IMG/VR virus record: IMGVR_UViG_3300031963_009547
Length of the DNA stretch: 64,000 bases
Reading direction: 5' to 3' (one strand)
Source of the DNA: a virus
Shown here one piece after another: positions 36,661 to 47,442 of the stretch. The notes below the pieces were generated by a model. It did no database searches. It was not told the DNA's origin and worked only from the letters and a program-made list of their open reading frames with translations. The position numbers and the translations under genes were made by a program. The first letter of the stretch is position 1. Each line of letters starts with the position of its first letter.

Positions 36661-37805
36661 TCGTTAATTATTGATACAATAGTTTGGATTTCATCAAAAG
36701 TCAATCCTTGATGGTTTGGTATGTAGAACCCAAACTTGTTTATTAATTCACAATTTTTTAATTCAACAGGTCCGTATTTTTTTACCCACATCGGTTTTTT
36801 AGACATGTCTCCAGCAATTAAAGGTCTAACCTCAATATTTTTTTCTAATAGTTTATTAACTATTTCATTTCTTCTTTCATTAATAATTGGGTATGCAAAG
36901 TTCGATACAAAATCACCTTTGTTTTCACCAACCATAATTTTATTATCACCAATTAGTGATTTATATTTTTTGAAATTTTCATTTCTTTTTTCACTATACC
37001 CGTCTAATTTATCAATTGCCATTAAACCAATAAATGCTTGTAAATCTGTTGCTCTTAAATTAAAACCCGGTAAATAAAAAGTATATAAAGAGTCAAACTC
37101 ATTTACATTATTTTCTTTTCTTAATTTTTCTTGTATGTGTGTAGGTAAATCCCTATCCCAACCGTGACTTCTCATCATTAATAATGAATAATAAAAATCC
37201 TCATCGTTTGTATTTATGAACCCACCTTCAATTGTGCTTAAGTGATGTCCAAAATACATCGAAAAAAATGATGCAAAACCAAAAGAACCTAAATACTTTC
37301 CTTGATATTTTGACCCCATACTTTCGCAAACATCTTCCAATAGAATTACATTGTATTTTTCACACAGTGAAATTACTTTTTCCATATTAGGAACTAAACC
37401 TAATGGTGAAACTAAAATCATACAAGATGGGTCATTTGTTTTAAACAACTCTTCTAAATGTTCTAAATCACAAGAAAGGTCTTCTAAGTTAGAGTCACAA
37501 AGTATTGGTTCCATACCTAATAACATTGGGGAACTAACATCGGTAGCCCAACTTAATCCAGGAACAACAACTTTGTTATTTTTTAATTTACCGGTGTGTA
37601 ATAATGATGCTAACGCTAAAATAATTGCTGACGACCCGGAATTAACATAGACAGAATATTTCGTACCTATTTTTTTAGCCCATTTTGATTCTAATTCCCA
37701 TGTTAAATCTCCTTTTGTAAGTCTTGGTATTTCATCTTGGTTTAACCATTCTATTAATTTATTGATGTCATTTTTATCAATTGTGTCTTTAACTAACTTT
37801 ATCAT
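36657..37805 (-). CDS. colD: DegT-fold PLP enzyme, probable GDP-4-keto-6-deoxymannose 3-dehydratase (ColD-like)
   Basis: VNSGSSA, LEDVCESMG, FSMYFGHHLSTIEGG (His in place of the Schiff-base Lys), RSHGW; 382 aa. Confidence 0.75.
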   Translation of the reverse strand: MIKLVKDTIDKNDINKLIEWLNQDEIPRLTKGDLTWELESKWAKKIGTKYSVYVNSGSSAIILALASLLHTGKLKNNKVVVPGLSWATDVSSPMLLGMEPILCDSNLEDLSCDLEHLEELFKTNDPSCMILVSPLGLVPNMEKVISLCEKYNVILLEDVCESMGSKYQGKYLGSFGFASFFSMYFGHHLSTIEGGFINTNDEDFYYSLLMMRSHGWDRDLPTHIQEKLRKENNVNEFDSLYTFYLPGFNLRATDLQAFIGLMAIDKLDGYSEKRNENFKKYKSLIGDNKIMVGENKGDFVSNFAYPIINERRNEIVNKLLEKNIEVRPLIAGDMSKKPMWVKKYGPVELKNCELINKFGFYIPNHQGLTFDEIQTIVSIINE

Positions 37806-38703
37806 AATATGAATTATATACTAATTTTATACCTTCACTCAAAGGTGTGAATTCAAAATTTGGAAACAAATTTTTAAATTTATCTATTGAAACGTCTTTT
37901 CTAAATTGACCGTTTGGTTTTGTTGTGTCCCATTCAATTTTTATATTTTTACTATCGGTCACATCTAAAGCAATTTCAGCCATTTGTTTAATTGAAAGGT
38001 TTTCTTCAGTTGCAACATTGAAGCTTTCAGTTACATCTTTTTCAATTGTCTGTTTAATTATTTCTGCAAAATCACCAGCATACATGAATTGTCTTAGAGG
38101 TGTCCCATCACCAAAAAGAGTAATCTCACCTGAATTGTTATTTTTAGCGTAATTAATTTTTTTAATTAATGATGTTAAAAAATGACTTTTATTTTCGTCG
38201 TCCTTATCTTCAATACCATATAAGTTACAAGGAATTAAATATTGATAATTTAAATTATACTGAAGATTATATGCATCTATTTGTGCTCCCATTGAACGTT
38301 TAGAATAACCATAAGAGAAATTGGTTATAGTTGGTGGTCCCTCATGTAACATGGTTTCATCCATTGGGTATTTTCTTGCAACATCAGGGTATATACAAGT
38401 ACTTAAAATACCTATGAATTTTTTTACTTTGAAAATTCTTGAGTATTCGATTAGTAGTGTATTCATTAAAACATTCTGTGTAAAATATTCGGCAGGATGG
38501 TTAATATTATCAATTATACCACCAACCCTTGCTGCTAAATGAACTACTATATTAGGTTTATGTTTTAAAAACATTCGTTTAACACCTTCTTCCGTTGTTA
38601 AATCATAATCATTAGATGATATATAAATTGCTTCTGGTAATATCTTTTTTAAATATTTCCCAACTAATCCTGAACCGCCCGTTACTAATATTTTACTGTT
38701 CAT
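37789..38703 (-). CDS. GDP-L-fucose synthase family epimerase/reductase (Fcl or ColC)
   Basis: TGGSGLVG, HLAARVGGI, LSTCIYP, YGYSKR, PCNLYG, GDGTPLRQF. Confidence 0.88.
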   Translation of the reverse strand: MNSKILVTGGSGLVGKYLKKILPEAIYISSNDYDLTTEEGVKRMFLKHKPNIVVHLAARVGGIIDNINHPAEYFTQNVLMNTLLIEYSRIFKVKKFIGILSTCIYPDVARKYPMDETMLHEGPPTITNFSYGYSKRSMGAQIDAYNLQYNLNYQYLIPCNLYGIEDKDDENKSHFLTSLIKKINYAKNNNSGEITLFGDGTPLRQFMYAGDFAEIIKQTIEKDVTESFNVATEENLSIKQMAEIALDVTDSKNIKIEWDTTKPNGQFRKDVSIDKFKNLFPNFEFTPLSEGIKLVYNSYYDKVS

Positions 38704-38998
38704 TTTTAAAAAAAACTAAATCGTTTATTGCTTTGTCATCTACGATTAAATCGTAGTGTAATTTTCTACCAACATATAAATCATGGTATTTTACCCCCCA
38801 AGTTTCCAATTGATTTTTTGTTAAATTAAACCAATCAATTCCTGTTGTTGCCCCTCTTGCTGTGTCTATTATTATATGATTACCATCGTGATATAAATCA
38901 TTTAATTTTTTTATTCTTTGGTGAAAGGGTTCTGCCTTTTCGTAATCACCATATGTGTTAGTACATAAAGTACCATCTAAATCAAAACAATAAATCAT
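38693..38998 (-). CDS. minimal HAD phosphatase (capsule-biosynthesis type)
   Basis: FDLDGTL, TARG, IVDDKA. Confidence 0.8.
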   Translation of the reverse strand: MIYCFDLDGTLCTNTYGDYEKAEPFHQRIKKLNDLYHDGNHIIIDTARGATTGIDWFNLTKNQLETWGVKYHDLYVGRKLHYDLIVDDKAINDLVFFKNEQ

Positions 38999-39939
38999 AT
39001 AATTGTAATTTTTTTTGGTTCTGAAAATTCTAATGTTTGAGGTCTGTTATTTTTAATTATAATATCTAAAATTTCATCATCACTTAACCCAACCAATTTA
39101 AAAGTTAAATTTGTTTTTTTAGAATCAATTAAACTAACATTTATTTCTGTATTTGTCACAGACCACTCTTCATTCAAAACATAGAAATCTACGTTACTAC
39201 CATAGTGAGTAATAAACCCTCCCGCATCGGCTGCGGTTAAAACCCCCCTTGATAAATAAAATAATGATATTAGTTCATCCTGAGTTAATGACTCATCAAT
39301 TTCCAAATAGTTTTCAGTAATATTATAAGATTGTGGTGGAAATCCTATATTAATGATATTATATCCGTTTGATATTAATTTATTTAATAATTTTTCTAAA
39401 TGGGGTAATGACGATAAAGTGTTATGTTCAGTCGATTTATTTTTAAAATTTCTAGTAATTAATATAAAGGTTTTATCTGTAAAAAGATGACCGTATTTTT
39501 TTTTAATCGATTTAAAAACTTTTTCAGTTGGTTTTATGGTCAAACCATTATCAAAGAATTTTTTAGCATAATCTAAAGAAGTGGTGTATGTGTTTCTTGG
39601 AGAAAATACATCAACAACACCGTCATCATATTCTGTTTTTTGCCAACTACGGATTTCAATATTATCAATACCATATTTTTCAGTACAGTAATTAATACAT
39701 TTTTCTAAAAAAAGGTCATTTTCTCGTGATGCACTATCTAATACAGATGGGTATGAAAAAAAATCTCCATTTTTTACGGTAATAATTTCATCAACTGATG
39801 ATAACACAATATAACCATTATACTGTGTTATTCCGATAACTTTAGAACCGTCAGTTTTAGATTCATTTATAAAAGAATTAAATGGTAATAATTGATTCCA
39901 TTCTTCAGGTTGTGTAATATAAATTAATACCTTAGACAT
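38995..39939 (-). CDS. hypothetical protein, possible GT-B glycosyltransferase
   Basis: Weak GT9-like pattern (ELISLFYLSRGVLTAADAGG) within the glycan operon. Confidence 0.4.
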   Translation of the reverse strand: MSKVLIYITQPEEWNQLLPFNSFINESKTDGSKVIGITQYNGYIVLSSVDEIITVKNGDFFSYPSVLDSASRENDLFLEKCINYCTEKYGIDNIEIRSWQKTEYDDGVVDVFSPRNTYTTSLDYAKKFFDNGLTIKPTEKVFKSIKKKYGHLFTDKTFILITRNFKNKSTEHNTLSSLPHLEKLLNKLISNGYNIINIGFPPQSYNITENYLEIDESLTQDELISLFYLSRGVLTAADAGGFITHYGSNVDFYVLNEEWSVTNTEINVSLIDSKKTNLTFKLVGLSDDEILDIIIKNNRPQTLEFSEPKKITII

Positions 39940-39946
39940 TTTTATT

Positions 39947-40777
39947 TTAGATATTATTAACTTTTCTAAGTTTTTTAGCTATTGGTTTTTCAGTTTCATA
40001 AACAACTTTGACACCGTCACCTAAAACCGTTTCCATTTTACGAATTCCAGACATTAACTCCCCAACGTTTTCAATAGACGCAGCTTGGTCTGAACCATAC
40101 ATTGTTCTGTCTTTTGTAATGTGAAATTCAATACATTCTGAACCTAATGCAACAGCCCCAAAACAAGGAATCATCCCACTTGCGTGATTAGAAAACCCAA
40201 TTTTATATTGTGGGTATTTTTCCTTCAAAGTTTTGATGTAATTTAAATTAATTTCTTCGTCTTTTGTTGGGTATGTACTTGTACATGCTAAAACATATTC
40301 CACATTATTTAAAATATTGATTGCGGAATCAACTTCTCTTTCTGTAGACATACCAGTAGAAACGATGATTGGTTTACCTGTTGAATTTAATTTTTCCAAA
40401 AATGTTTTATCTGTTAATAAAGCTGAAGCTACTTTATGATATTTCACATTTAAGTTTGATTCAATTAAATCGACACTTTTTGTATCCCAACAAGAAACAA
40501 TAAAATCTAAACCTAATGCGTTTGAGAATTTTTCTAAATCTTTATATTGTTCAATACTAAACTCTAATCCCATCTTTTGTTCACGATTAGTTGTTCCCCA
40601 TGGGGATTCTCTTTGTGCGTCCAATTCTTCTTTAGTGTATACCGACTCGATATCTCTTTTTTGAAATTTAACAGCATCACATTCATAAGTTTTTGCCATA
40701 ACTATTAATTCTTTCGCCAAATCAAGGTCACCATTATGGTTGATTCCGATTTCTGCAATCACATAAGTCTTTTTCAT
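39947..40777 (-). CDS. neuB: NeuB-family ulosonic acid synthase, short form without C-terminal SAF domain
   Basis: IAEIGINHNGD, AVKFQKR, IVSTGMS, CTSTYPT, GFSNH, IEFHITKDR..GSDQAAS; 276 aa. Confidence 0.9.
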   Translation of the reverse strand: MKKTYVIAEIGINHNGDLDLAKELIVMAKTYECDAVKFQKRDIESVYTKEELDAQRESPWGTTNREQKMGLEFSIEQYKDLEKFSNALGLDFIVSCWDTKSVDLIESNLNVKYHKVASALLTDKTFLEKLNSTGKPIIVSTGMSTEREVDSAINILNNVEYVLACTSTYPTKDEEINLNYIKTLKEKYPQYKIGFSNHASGMIPCFGAVALGSECIEFHITKDRTMYGSDQAASIENVGELMSGIRKMETVLGDGVKVVYETEKPIAKKLRKVNNI

Positions 40778-40790
40778 TTTTTAATATTTT

Positions 40791-41894
40791 TTATTTTTTA
40801 TTTGAAAGTTCAACTTTTACTTTTTTTAGTGCTGAACCGATAATCTGATGCATATCATAGTATTTGTATTCTGCCAATCTACCTCCGAATATTACATTAG
40901 GTAGTGTTTCTGCTAACTTTGCATACTTTTGATAAACTTCATTGTTTTTTTTATCATTTATTGGATAATATGGTATATCGTTTTCAGTGTAAGTTTTTGA
41001 ATATTCTTTAGTAATCCATGTAACATCTGACTTTGAATTTTCGAAGTGTTTATGTTCGGTAATTCTTGTATACGGTACTTCTTCATGTGTGTAGTTCATG
41101 ACAGCACAACCTTGGAAGTCTTCCAAATCTACTTTTTCATGAACAAAATCTAATGACCTATACTCTAATTTACCGTATTTATAATCAAAAAATTCATCTA
41201 TTTTACCTGTGAAAACAATTTTATCCGCTATTGAGTAATAGTAATCTTTGTTATCAAAAAAATCAACATCGGTCATTACATCAATACCATCAAATATTCT
41301 TTCAAATATTTTTGTATATCCATCTACAGGTATACCTTGATATTTGTCTGAAAAATAATTGTCATTGAAATTAGTTCTTATGGGTATTCTTTTGAGAATT
41401 GCCGATGGTAAATCTTTAGGGTCTCTACCCCACTGTTTTTTTGTGTATCCTTTAATAAAAATTTCATATATTTCTTTACCTATTTGTGAAAGTGCAAAAG
41501 TCTCGAAATTTTCATCTTGTAAATTTTTAGAAACAACTGAATTTAATTTTTCTTTAGCCATTTCAGGGCTTGTTACACCCCACACTTGACATAGTGTTAG
41601 TAAATTAATCGGGAAAGAATATATTTTATCTAAATAACTAACTTTAGGTCTGTGCTGGTAGTTATTAAATTCAGTAAATTGATTTATCCAATTCCAAATA
41701 GTTAAATCATTAGTGTGAAAAATGTGTGAACCATATATATGAACGTTTATATTATCTTTTTTTTCGCTATAACAATTACCACCTATGTGTTTTCTTTTTT
41801 CAATAACTAAACATTTTTTACCCGATTTAGTCATCTCATGCGCGAATACCGCACCAAATAAACCACTGCCGACAATTAAATAATCATATTTCAT
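40791..41894 (-). CDS. glf: UDP-galactopyranose mutase
   Basis: IVGSGLFG, HIGGNCY, HIYGSHIFHT, YFSDKYQGIP, GRLAEYKYYDMHQ. Confidence 0.95.
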   Translation of the reverse strand: MKYDYLIVGSGLFGAVFAHEMTKSGKKCLVIEKRKHIGGNCYSEKKDNINVHIYGSHIFHTNDLTIWNWINQFTEFNNYQHRPKVSYLDKIYSFPINLLTLCQVWGVTSPEMAKEKLNSVVSKNLQDENFETFALSQIGKEIYEIFIKGYTKKQWGRDPKDLPSAILKRIPIRTNFNDNYFSDKYQGIPVDGYTKIFERIFDGIDVMTDVDFFDNKDYYYSIADKIVFTGKIDEFFDYKYGKLEYRSLDFVHEKVDLEDFQGCAVMNYTHEEVPYTRITEHKHFENSKSDVTWITKEYSKTYTENDIPYYPINDKKNNEVYQKYAKLAETLPNVIFGGRLAEYKYYDMHQIIGSALKKVKVELSNKK

Positions 41895-42901
41895 ATAATA
41901 TCACCATTATTATAATAGGAATACCATAAATCTACAATCTTATTAAGTTCTTTTGATAATTTCCATGGTTTATTATGACCTGTATAGTGTATAATGTGTA
42001 TTTTATCATCGTTAATGAAAAGTTGGTTGTCTTTAATTCTCACTTCAGAACGACGTGTTCCCGTTAAAGGTGATACTTCCGTTAAATTTAAAAAGGTGGT
42101 GTCAGATAATTCACCATCACCTAAATAACCTCCTAAGTCATTTAACCCACTTAAATTCCATTGGGACCCCATATTATAAAATTTAATTTTATTTTTAACT
42201 AAAAATAAATTAATGTATGATTGTGCGAGAAATTCAAAAGAATGGCCAAAAGGAATTAACTCATCAAAAGAATCTGACATTTTTTTAAACATATCACTTT
42301 TTGCTGCAAAAACACCGCCATTCATACTTAAATAATCATCAACATTTTCTAACCCTAATTCATTCACAATTACATCCATACGTCCGTGATTAATTCTCTC
42401 ATCTTTATTCAAGGTGAGGCTTCTTAATTTAGTTAAGTATTCGTGTCTTTCCGCACCATCAAATGTAATTTGATTTCTAAATGGCCATATCCATTTAGGT
42501 TCTAAAAAATTAGCAACACCGTCATCCATTGAGCCAACAAATTCATTTGTGTCTAATTTTTCAAAATATTCTGAAAGGTCAGATAAAACTAATGTATCCA
42601 CTTCTAATGATAAAATATTTTCAAATCCCGACATCCAAGAAAAAAGTTGTGCAAAACAAGAAAAATCCTTCATAAACCCACCTTGCCAAAATCTAACTTT
42701 ACCTGATAGTAATTCATTTACAAATTTTAAATCAACAACTTTTATATTTTTTTCTTTTAGTTTATTTAAATTTTCTGCACTTATACCAGTATCAAAAACA
42801 CAAACACCGACATTAGGGTTTGATATTTTTAAAGAGTTTAACGTTGCAACTAAACCTAAAAAATATTCGTCATTAGTTGCTAAAACTATACCATTCTTCA
42901 T
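41891..42901 (-). CDS. glycosyltransferase family 8
   Basis: LEVDTLVLSDL, MNGGVF, Q..IN, WN, IIHYTGHNKPW. Confidence 0.8.
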   Translation of the reverse strand: MKNGIVLATNDEYFLGLVATLNSLKISNPNVGVCVFDTGISAENLNKLKEKNIKVVDLKFVNELLSGKVRFWQGGFMKDFSCFAQLFSWMSGFENILSLEVDTLVLSDLSEYFEKLDTNEFVGSMDDGVANFLEPKWIWPFRNQITFDGAERHEYLTKLRSLTLNKDERINHGRMDVIVNELGLENVDDYLSMNGGVFAAKSDMFKKMSDSFDELIPFGHSFEFLAQSYINLFLVKNKIKFYNMGSQWNLSGLNDLGGYLGDGELSDTTFLNLTEVSPLTGTRRSEVRIKDNQLFINDDKIHIIHYTGHNKPWKLSKELNKIVDLWYSYYNNGDII

Positions 42902-42906
42902 TTTTT

Positions 42907-43482
42907 TTATTTAAACATTTTATTTTCTACTATTTCTAAAATTGTATGCCCAAGTAGTGTGTGACATTCTTGTATTCTTGCTGTGTTATTTGAAGGTATG
43001 ATTAGATTGTAATCTGATATGTCTTTCATTTCTCCACCATCATTACCAATAAAAGATACAACAATAGCACCTTTGTTTTTGGCAACTTCAATAGCTTTAA
43101 TAACATTTTTTGATTTACCTGATGTTGAAAAACAAATTAGAATGTCACCTTCTTTTATTGATGATTTAATTTCTCGTGAAAAGATATCTGAGTATGAATA
43201 ATCATTTCCTACCGCAGTTAAGTAAGAAACATTAGACGCTAATAAAACCACCTCTAACGGGTCTCTATCAAAATAGAAACGACCACTTAATTCTGCTGAA
43301 AGGTGTTGTGCGTCTGCAAAACTACCACCATTACCACAAAAATATACCTTATTACCGTTTTTATAACACTCGATGATTTTTTCTGCAATCTTATTTGAGT
43401 TGTTTATAATTTCTTCATTATTCAATAATTCAGTCTTCAATCTAATTGACTCCTGAATATTTTTTATAACCATTTCTACCAT
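42907..43482 (-). CDS. gmhA: sedoheptulose-7-phosphate isomerase-like SIS protein
   Basis: CGNGGSFADAQHLSAEL, TAVGNDY, FSTSGKS, TARIQECH. Confidence 0.9.
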   Translation of the reverse strand: MVEMVIKNIQESIRLKTELLNNEEIINNSNKIAEKIIECYKNGNKVYFCGNGGSFADAQHLSAELSGRFYFDRDPLEVVLLASNVSYLTAVGNDYSYSDIFSREIKSSIKEGDILICFSTSGKSKNVIKAIEVAKNKGAIVVSFIGNDGGEMKDISDYNLIIPSNNTARIQECHTLLGHTILEIVENKMFK

Positions 43483-44294
43483 ACTGTTTTACCTCCGTCT
43501 ATAACGACATTCGAACCTGTCATATATGAACTTGCGTCAGAACACATAAACACAATCGCACCTTTATATTCATCAATATGAGCCATTCTACCCATCGGTA
43601 TAATATTAGATAACTTCGTTACAAAATCAACAGGATGGTCATTATAAACTCCTGTCGGACTTAAACAATTTACTCTAATATTATTTTTAGCGAAATATGT
43701 AGAAAGATATTTGGTCATACCAATTACTGCCCACTTGGCTGCAGAATACGTAATTGGTTTTACATTCTGTTCGTTTTCAGATTTTGTTTCATCTCTGTAT
43801 ATTCTTTGGTCAGGAGCAATTACACCTAAGTCGGATGAAATGTTTAGTACTACACCACCACCTGTTTCTAACATTTTATTACAAATAACTTGTGAAGTAA
43901 TAAAAGTTCCGTTTATAATTGCATCAATACCTTCTTTAAAATATGATTCAGTCATAACCTCAAATCTTGTTTCAGGTGTTAAACTTTTATCGTCCTTTGT
44001 AACTTTTGGGTCTTTAGCAGCATTGTTAATAAGGATATCAATTCTTTCATATTTGTTTGATACCTCATCCACACTATTTTTATCTGTGACATTCATGTAT
44101 TCCATAAACACATTTTCTTCTCCATAAATTGAAGAAAGCTCTTTGTGTTTCTTAGTTAACATATCCATGTCTACATCGGTAAGAATTACTTTAGCTCCAT
44201 ATTCTAAAAGAGCTTCAGCGTGTTTTGGACCTAATAATCCACCAGCACCTGTAATCAAAGCAACCTTACCATCTAAATCAAATAAGTTTCTCAT
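43476..44294 (-). CDS. short-chain dehydrogenase/reductase (PtmA/FlmA-like)
   Basis: TGAGGLLG, INNAA, YSAAK, RVNCLSPTG, YMTGSNVVIDGG. Confidence 0.88.
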   Translation of the reverse strand: MRNLFDLDGKVALITGAGGLLGPKHAEALLEYGAKVILTDVDMDMLTKKHKELSSIYGEENVFMEYMNVTDKNSVDEVSNKYERIDILINNAAKDPKVTKDDKSLTPETRFEVMTESYFKEGIDAIINGTFITSQVICNKMLETGGGVVLNISSDLGVIAPDQRIYRDETKSENEQNVKPITYSAAKWAVIGMTKYLSTYFAKNNIRVNCLSPTGVYNDHPVDFVTKLSNIIPMGRMAHIDEYKGAIVFMCSDASSYMTGSNVVIDGGKTVW

Positions 44295-45058
44295 AATAAT
44301 GTTTTGATTTTTTGGTATGTATTTTTTATGTAATTTATTTCATCACCATCTACATCTCTTGCAAGTTGCAATATGATGTTATCAGTGTAATTAATATTTT
44401 TTAATGAATCAATTATAATTTTAAAATCAGTATCACCCAACCCAAAATGTTTTGTTTCTCCATTAAAGGTTCTATCTTTAAAATGTACATTTTTTATTTT
44501 TGACCCAAAGTAATGTATCAATTCTTTATGGTCTATTTTTTCTTTATATGTTGAGGTGAAATTACCGGTGTCGTAGGTAATAAAAAAATTGTTTTTATTA
44601 TTGACGACATCCATCACAATTTCTTTATCACATTCAAATTCAAAACAGAAATTAATCGATGGGTATTTTTCAGATATTGGGATTATGTTTTTTAAAAATT
44701 CATATCTGATATATTCATTTTCTACTGAACTATCTTCTAAAAGGGGTATTACAATTTTATTTAATTTTAGTTCTACCATTTTATCTAAAACTGGTACTAA
44801 ATTTTCATTCATAAATTCATCTTTGTAAAATGAATTATTAACCATAGTATCTACACAAACTGATAAGATGTTAGTAGGTAAATTAGGTTCATTAAATAAT
44901 GGATTATTTGAGTTATCATTTGGAGTTATTAACCATTCAATACCACATAATTCAATGTGATTTAAAACGTTAAATTCTGTCTTCCAATTAGATGGAAACT
45001 CTTGCATTTTTTTATTGACGGGTTCACTAAGACGACCCTGAAGAATTCCTACTTTCAT
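44291..45058 (-). CDS. sugar-phosphate epimerase/isomerase, TIM barrel (UlaE-like)
   Basis: MKVGILQGRLS, YDTGN, NVHFKD, GLGDTDF. Confidence 0.78.
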   Translation of the reverse strand: MKVGILQGRLSEPVNKKMQEFPSNWKTEFNVLNHIELCGIEWLITPNDNSNNPLFNEPNLPTNILSVCVDTMVNNSFYKDEFMNENLVPVLDKMVELKLNKIVIPLLEDSSVENEYIRYEFLKNIIPISEKYPSINFCFEFECDKEIVMDVVNNKNNFFITYDTGNFTSTYKEKIDHKELIHYFGSKIKNVHFKDRTFNGETKHFGLGDTDFKIIIDSLKNINYTDNIILQLARDVDGDEINYIKNTYQKIKTLL

Positions 45059-45468
45059 AATAACTCAACAAATTCTATAATATTATTTTCTGGGTCCATA
45101 CCAAAAAAAACTTTAACTGTTTTTTCATCAGAAATAGTTGGGGTATTGATGACAGATAAATTATTATCAATAAACTTATTGTAAAGAAAATTAACATCTT
45201 TTATAGTCAATGCAAAGTGAGTGTAACCATTTTCTAAAAGACTTTTTTTATTTACATCACAACTCCCAAAATAAAGTAATTCAACTATTGTTTTGTTATC
45301 AACCCCCAGTTTAATTATTCTTGGAGATTCATTATCAGAATTAAGAATATGATTTAAAAATCGACCTTCTTCTATTTTATCGTAAAGTATTTCTAAACCA
45401 ATTAAATCACGGTAAAACCATAACATTTTATCTAAGTCGTTTACGACTATACCAACATGTCTAAACAT
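45055..45468 (-). CDS. VOC/glyoxalase-family metalloenzyme
   Basis: HVGIVVNDLD..FY.D.IG, ELL, HFAL, DPENNIIEFVE. Confidence 0.85.
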   Translation of the reverse strand: MFRHVGIVVNDLDKMLWFYRDLIGLEILYDKIEEGRFLNHILNSDNESPRIIKLGVDNKTIVELLYFGSCDVNKKSLLENGYTHFALTIKDVNFLYNKFIDNNLSVINTPTISDEKTVKVFFGMDPENNIIEFVELL

Positions 45469-46781
45469 TCTATCAAACTTTCTTTTAATACTCCAATACC
45501 TTCAATTAATGCATCATCATCGATTGTTAATGGTGGACCTATTTTTAAGGTTCCTGATTGAGTCCTAATCGATAATAAACCTTTTCTCATAGCCACTTCT
45601 ATAATCATATCAACAAAATCAATATCATTTCCATTTGGTGATTTTATGAACACACCAGATAATAACCCTTCGCAGTTTATTTTTTTTACATAATCAGGCA
45701 TTTCTGTTTTCCATTTTAACAATTCCATTCTCATTATTTCTCCCTTCCTATAAGACTCATTAACTAAGTCATTATCTAAAAGATATTTAACAGAAGCGTT
45801 TGATGCTGCAACCGCAACAGGATTACCACCATGCGTACTATTGTAAGACATGTCATTATTAATAATTCCATTATTAGTTATGACACAAGATAATGGTAAC
45901 GAAGATGAAATACCTTTAGCACAAACAATTATATCTGGAACAATTTCAAAATGTTCATATGCAAATAATTTACCAGTTCTACCAAAACCTGATTGTATTT
46001 CGTCTATAATTAACAAAACTTTATTTTCATCACACCATTTTCTTAATAATTTAACATAATCTTTTGATGCGAATTCAGCAGACCATCCTTGGTATGGTTC
46101 CATGATTACTGCGGAATATTCAGAAGGATTTAAACCTTTAAAGTATTTCTCAAATAGTTCTTGTGGTGTTAATTTTTCGTTTTCTAATGTAATGGTGTCG
46201 GGGTAAGGTAAATGTGTGACATATGTTTTAACAGGTATCCATTCTTGTGATTTAAATTTTCCACCCGCCATAGCTGAACCCATGGTTTTACCATGATACC
46301 CATTATTAAATGAAATAATTTTATTTTTACCAGAATGTTTAATTGACATTTTGATTGCACACTCAACCGCTTCAGAACCTGTTGATAAAAATAACACCTT
46401 GTCAAAATTTTCAGGAGTGGATTCTACCAACAATTTAGAAAATTCAGACCTCTCTTTTGTTGGGTAATAATATGCGTTTAATAAATTTTTATTAGTTGTG
46501 GATATAATTGCGTCTTTTACTTTTGGGTTTGAGTGACCTACATTTGCAACAAAAATTGATGATGTAAAATCAATCCATTTATTACCTGAAATATCATAAA
46601 TTGAATAGTTCGATGCCGAATCCCACACAACGGGTAATTGGTCGTTCATTGAATCGGGCTCATATTTGATGCAATCATTTAAATATTGTAATGATTGTGG
46701 TGAAGGTATTGGTGTGATGATGTTTCGATAACGAGTTTTTACAACATCACAGTTAAATGGAGTTAACTGAAACTTATGCAT
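45447..46781 (-). CDS. class III PLP aminotransferase
   Basis: DISGNKWIDF, STGSEAVE, YHGKT, EPYQG, DEIQSGFGRTG, PDIIVCAKG, THGGNP. Confidence 0.9.
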   Translation of the reverse strand: MHKFQLTPFNCDVVKTRYRNIITPIPSPQSLQYLNDCIKYEPDSMNDQLPVVWDSASNYSIYDISGNKWIDFTSSIFVANVGHSNPKVKDAIISTTNKNLLNAYYYPTKERSEFSKLLVESTPENFDKVLFLSTGSEAVECAIKMSIKHSGKNKIISFNNGYHGKTMGSAMAGGKFKSQEWIPVKTYVTHLPYPDTITLENEKLTPQELFEKYFKGLNPSEYSAVIMEPYQGWSAEFASKDYVKLLRKWCDENKVLLIIDEIQSGFGRTGKLFAYEHFEIVPDIIVCAKGISSSLPLSCVITNNGIINNDMSYNSTHGGNPVAVAASNASVKYLLDNDLVNESYRKGEIMRMELLKWKTEMPDYVKKINCEGLLSGVFIKSPNGNDIDFVDMIIEVAMRKGLLSIRTQSGTLKIGPPLTIDDDALIEGIGVLKESLIECLDMLV

Positions 46782-47442
46782 TTTTTTTATTTAAGATAAA
46801 CTCAATATAATTAAAATCCTCGATAGTGTCAATTTCATAAGTTTTATCAGTAATAAAAGAATAAATTTTATCACCGTAAAAATTGTCTGAATTCATAAAC
46901 ACTTCAGGATTTACTATATCTATATATCCATTTGGTGAATACGTTTTGGGATAACTTTGTCTAGGTAAGTTAGTATCCATACCCTCTACAATAGGACTCC
47001 AATATATCCCGTCTTGTTTATAAAATTTGTAAACAGATTCTGAAGTTTCGTGGGCGGACCTAAGACTTGTGATTAATGATTTATTCTTTAAAAATACTTC
47101 AATAGCATCGTCTATAACTGAATGATTAATCAAAGGTGTTGTTGCTCGTAAATGTATAATTGGTTCAGTATAGTTTAATTCCTTACAAAAATGTCTGAAA
47201 GAATCGATATCTAACGATGTGTCAGTTGACAATTCAGAAGGTCTTATAATTATTTTACATCCTAATTTTTTTGATATCTCAATAATTTCTTCGTCGTCGG
47301 AAGAAACGTATATATCCGTAATTTTTTTTGATTCTTTTGCCGAAGTGATAACATATTCAATTAAAGGTTTACCTAATAATTTTTTTATATTTTTTTTGGG
47401 TATTCCTTTACTACCTCCTCGAGCTAAAATTAAAGCTATCAT
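46774..47442 (-). CDS. neuA: acylneuraminate cytidylyltransferase family (CMP-ulosonate synthetase)
   Basis: ILARGGSKGIPKKNI, VSSDD, RPSELS, TTPL, PRQ..P...NG, EIDTIEDF. Confidence 0.9.
   Translation of the reverse strand: MIALILARGGSKGIPKKNIKKLLGKPLIEYVITSAKESKKITDIYVSSDDEEIIEISKKLGCKIIIRPSELSTDTSLDIDSFRHFCKELNYTEPIIHLRATTPLINHSVIDDAIEVFLKNKSLITSLRSAHETSESVYKFYKQDGIYWSPIVEGMDTNLPRQSYPKTYSPNGYIDIVNPEVFMNSDNFYGDKIYSFITDKTYEIDTIEDFNYIEFILNKKNA

Noticed and set aside
36657-37805. Perosamine synthase or ordinary DegT aminotransferase
   Set aside because: The catalytic Lys position is His, favouring a 3-dehydratase
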